Below, one piece after another: positions 63,001-64,000 of a DNA stretch of 64,000 nucleotides (position 1 is its first letter; each line of letters opens with the position of its first letter). Location of the stretch: positions 1 through 64,000 of the forward strand of contig JAHLWZ010000821.1 of NCBI GenBank assembly GCA_020536535.1, in the 5' to 3' direction. The position numbers and the translations under genes are program-made. The notes beneath the pieces were generated by a model. It saw only the letters and a program-made list of their open reading frames with translations. It was not told the DNA's origin and did not search any database. The stretch comes from Pelomyxa schiedti. Taxonomy: Eukaryota; Protista; Evosea.

Positions 63001-64000
63001 CGAAGTTATGTGCAATAATCATGTCATTGATATGATTATTTGATAGAATATAGACTTGAAAGTGAAGTGAGTAAGTGGCGAACATGGGAGAGTACGAACA
63101 TATTGCATTGTCAGTTTTGAGATTTTCAATTAAAATACTCAAAGATTGTAACACTTGAATGGCAACAGCTTTGTATTTTCCCTGCCTCGCAAGGTTGAAG
63201 AGATAGCCCAACATATTTTTTTCCATAAAAAATCTAAAGCACGTCACCCCCTGCGGGAAAGTAGACAGTACACACTCGAACAAAGTTGGATCATTCTTAT
63301 CACCCCATAACAGAACTTCAGCAAGATCATGAGTTGTTGAAATAAGAAGGTCAAAGTTGTCGAGGGTGATTGTGCCATTTAATTGATAGACCTTGAACAG
63401 TTCTCTGTGATGGAATTACATCAATAAATACCCAAGAATCCAAATCATTGCAAAATGCAAACACAAAGAAAGTGCAAGATGAATGTACTTCAAGTGTGGG
63501 ACGGAGAATCTATCAACTGCAGCATTGTTAATACCCAATGAAGGGAGCTTTCCTCCAAACGAGGGCAAGTGCAGAGATGGAGGTAGCGCCAAATTGGGAA
63601 TGTTGTCCTTCCAGTCAAACATTGCGTGTTTCATTGCATTCTTCATGTCACTCAAAACGACTTTCCCCTTTGGCAACGCACTTGCAGCACTGATTCCACT
63701 ACTTGTCGCAGATCCGGTCGTCGTAGTTGCAGCAGCACCACCCAGTGGCGGCGTCGTGTTTCTGTTATTTTGGGTATTGGCAGGAGGAGGCGTAGTAGAT
63801 CTTGCAGTGACGTCACCCGCGCCGGGGATTGGTGACTTGCTGGGTGTCACTTTAGGAGGAGGGGGCGTTGTGGCGCGAGGGGTCGGGCCATTGTCAGGCG
63901 AAGTGGGCTTGACCGCGCTCGTGCCGTCGCTACCCGGCGGTTGCTGCAGTTGCACGGCGGTCGTGGCGGCAGTTGCGTCGGCGACGTCATCGACCCGTGG
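60071..64000 (-). CDS. CLEC16A: CLEC16A/GOP-1/TT9 (FPL domain) endolysosomal regulator, 5' end outside window
   Basis: [68 protein letters not shown]; reading frame open at the window edge. Confidence 0.9.

Noticed and set aside
1-64000. Functional gene cluster of ubiquitin ligases or of Ras signalling genes
   Set aside because: The genes are interspersed with unrelated housekeeping genes and these families are large in amoebae; co-location is not evidence of a system without synteny or co-expression data
1-64000. CRISPR arrays, rRNA, intact tRNAs, transposase or reverse transcriptase ORFs, U12-type introns
   Set aside because: No regularly spaced repeats, cloverleafs, RT/DDE motifs or GTATCCTT/TCCTTAAC signal pairs were seen on manual reading

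Overview
Gene-dense, intron-rich protist genomic DNA. The gene content (CudA-like factor, aardvark-type ARM protein, several Ras) and the ~40-60 nt introns suggest Amoebozoa, possibly an archamoeba such as Pelomyxa; this is inference. I reconstructed about 25 protein-coding genes by hand across introns. In order: TM-dCache-TM class I phosphodiesterase, USP53/54-like deubiquitinase, long-chain acyl-CoA synthetase, NAGLU (GH89), 4x Zn-finger + RING ligase, RIO2, an 81-aa Pro/Met/Gly protein, an unclassified multipass membrane protein, myotrophin, Ras, a CudA-like protein, an intronless WD40-HECT ligase, a doubtful CudA-like fragment, AP-2 mu, a second Ras, a nucleotide-sugar transporter, a Cdc15/SepA-like MAP3K, a PAK-type kinase, a 4xSH3-U-box ligase, an SLC43-like transporter, an RA-CH-RBD protein, an ARM protein, Sen1 and a 5'-truncated CLEC16A. 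No rRNA, intact tRNA or CRISPR array was seen. The best candidates for novelty are the receptor-type Cache-PDE, the unusual E3-ligase and Ras-effector architectures, and a splicing regime with very degenerate signals (GC donors, AAG/GAG acceptors, micro-exons) that looks governed by intron length. Gene models are manual, and start codons are uncertain where noted.
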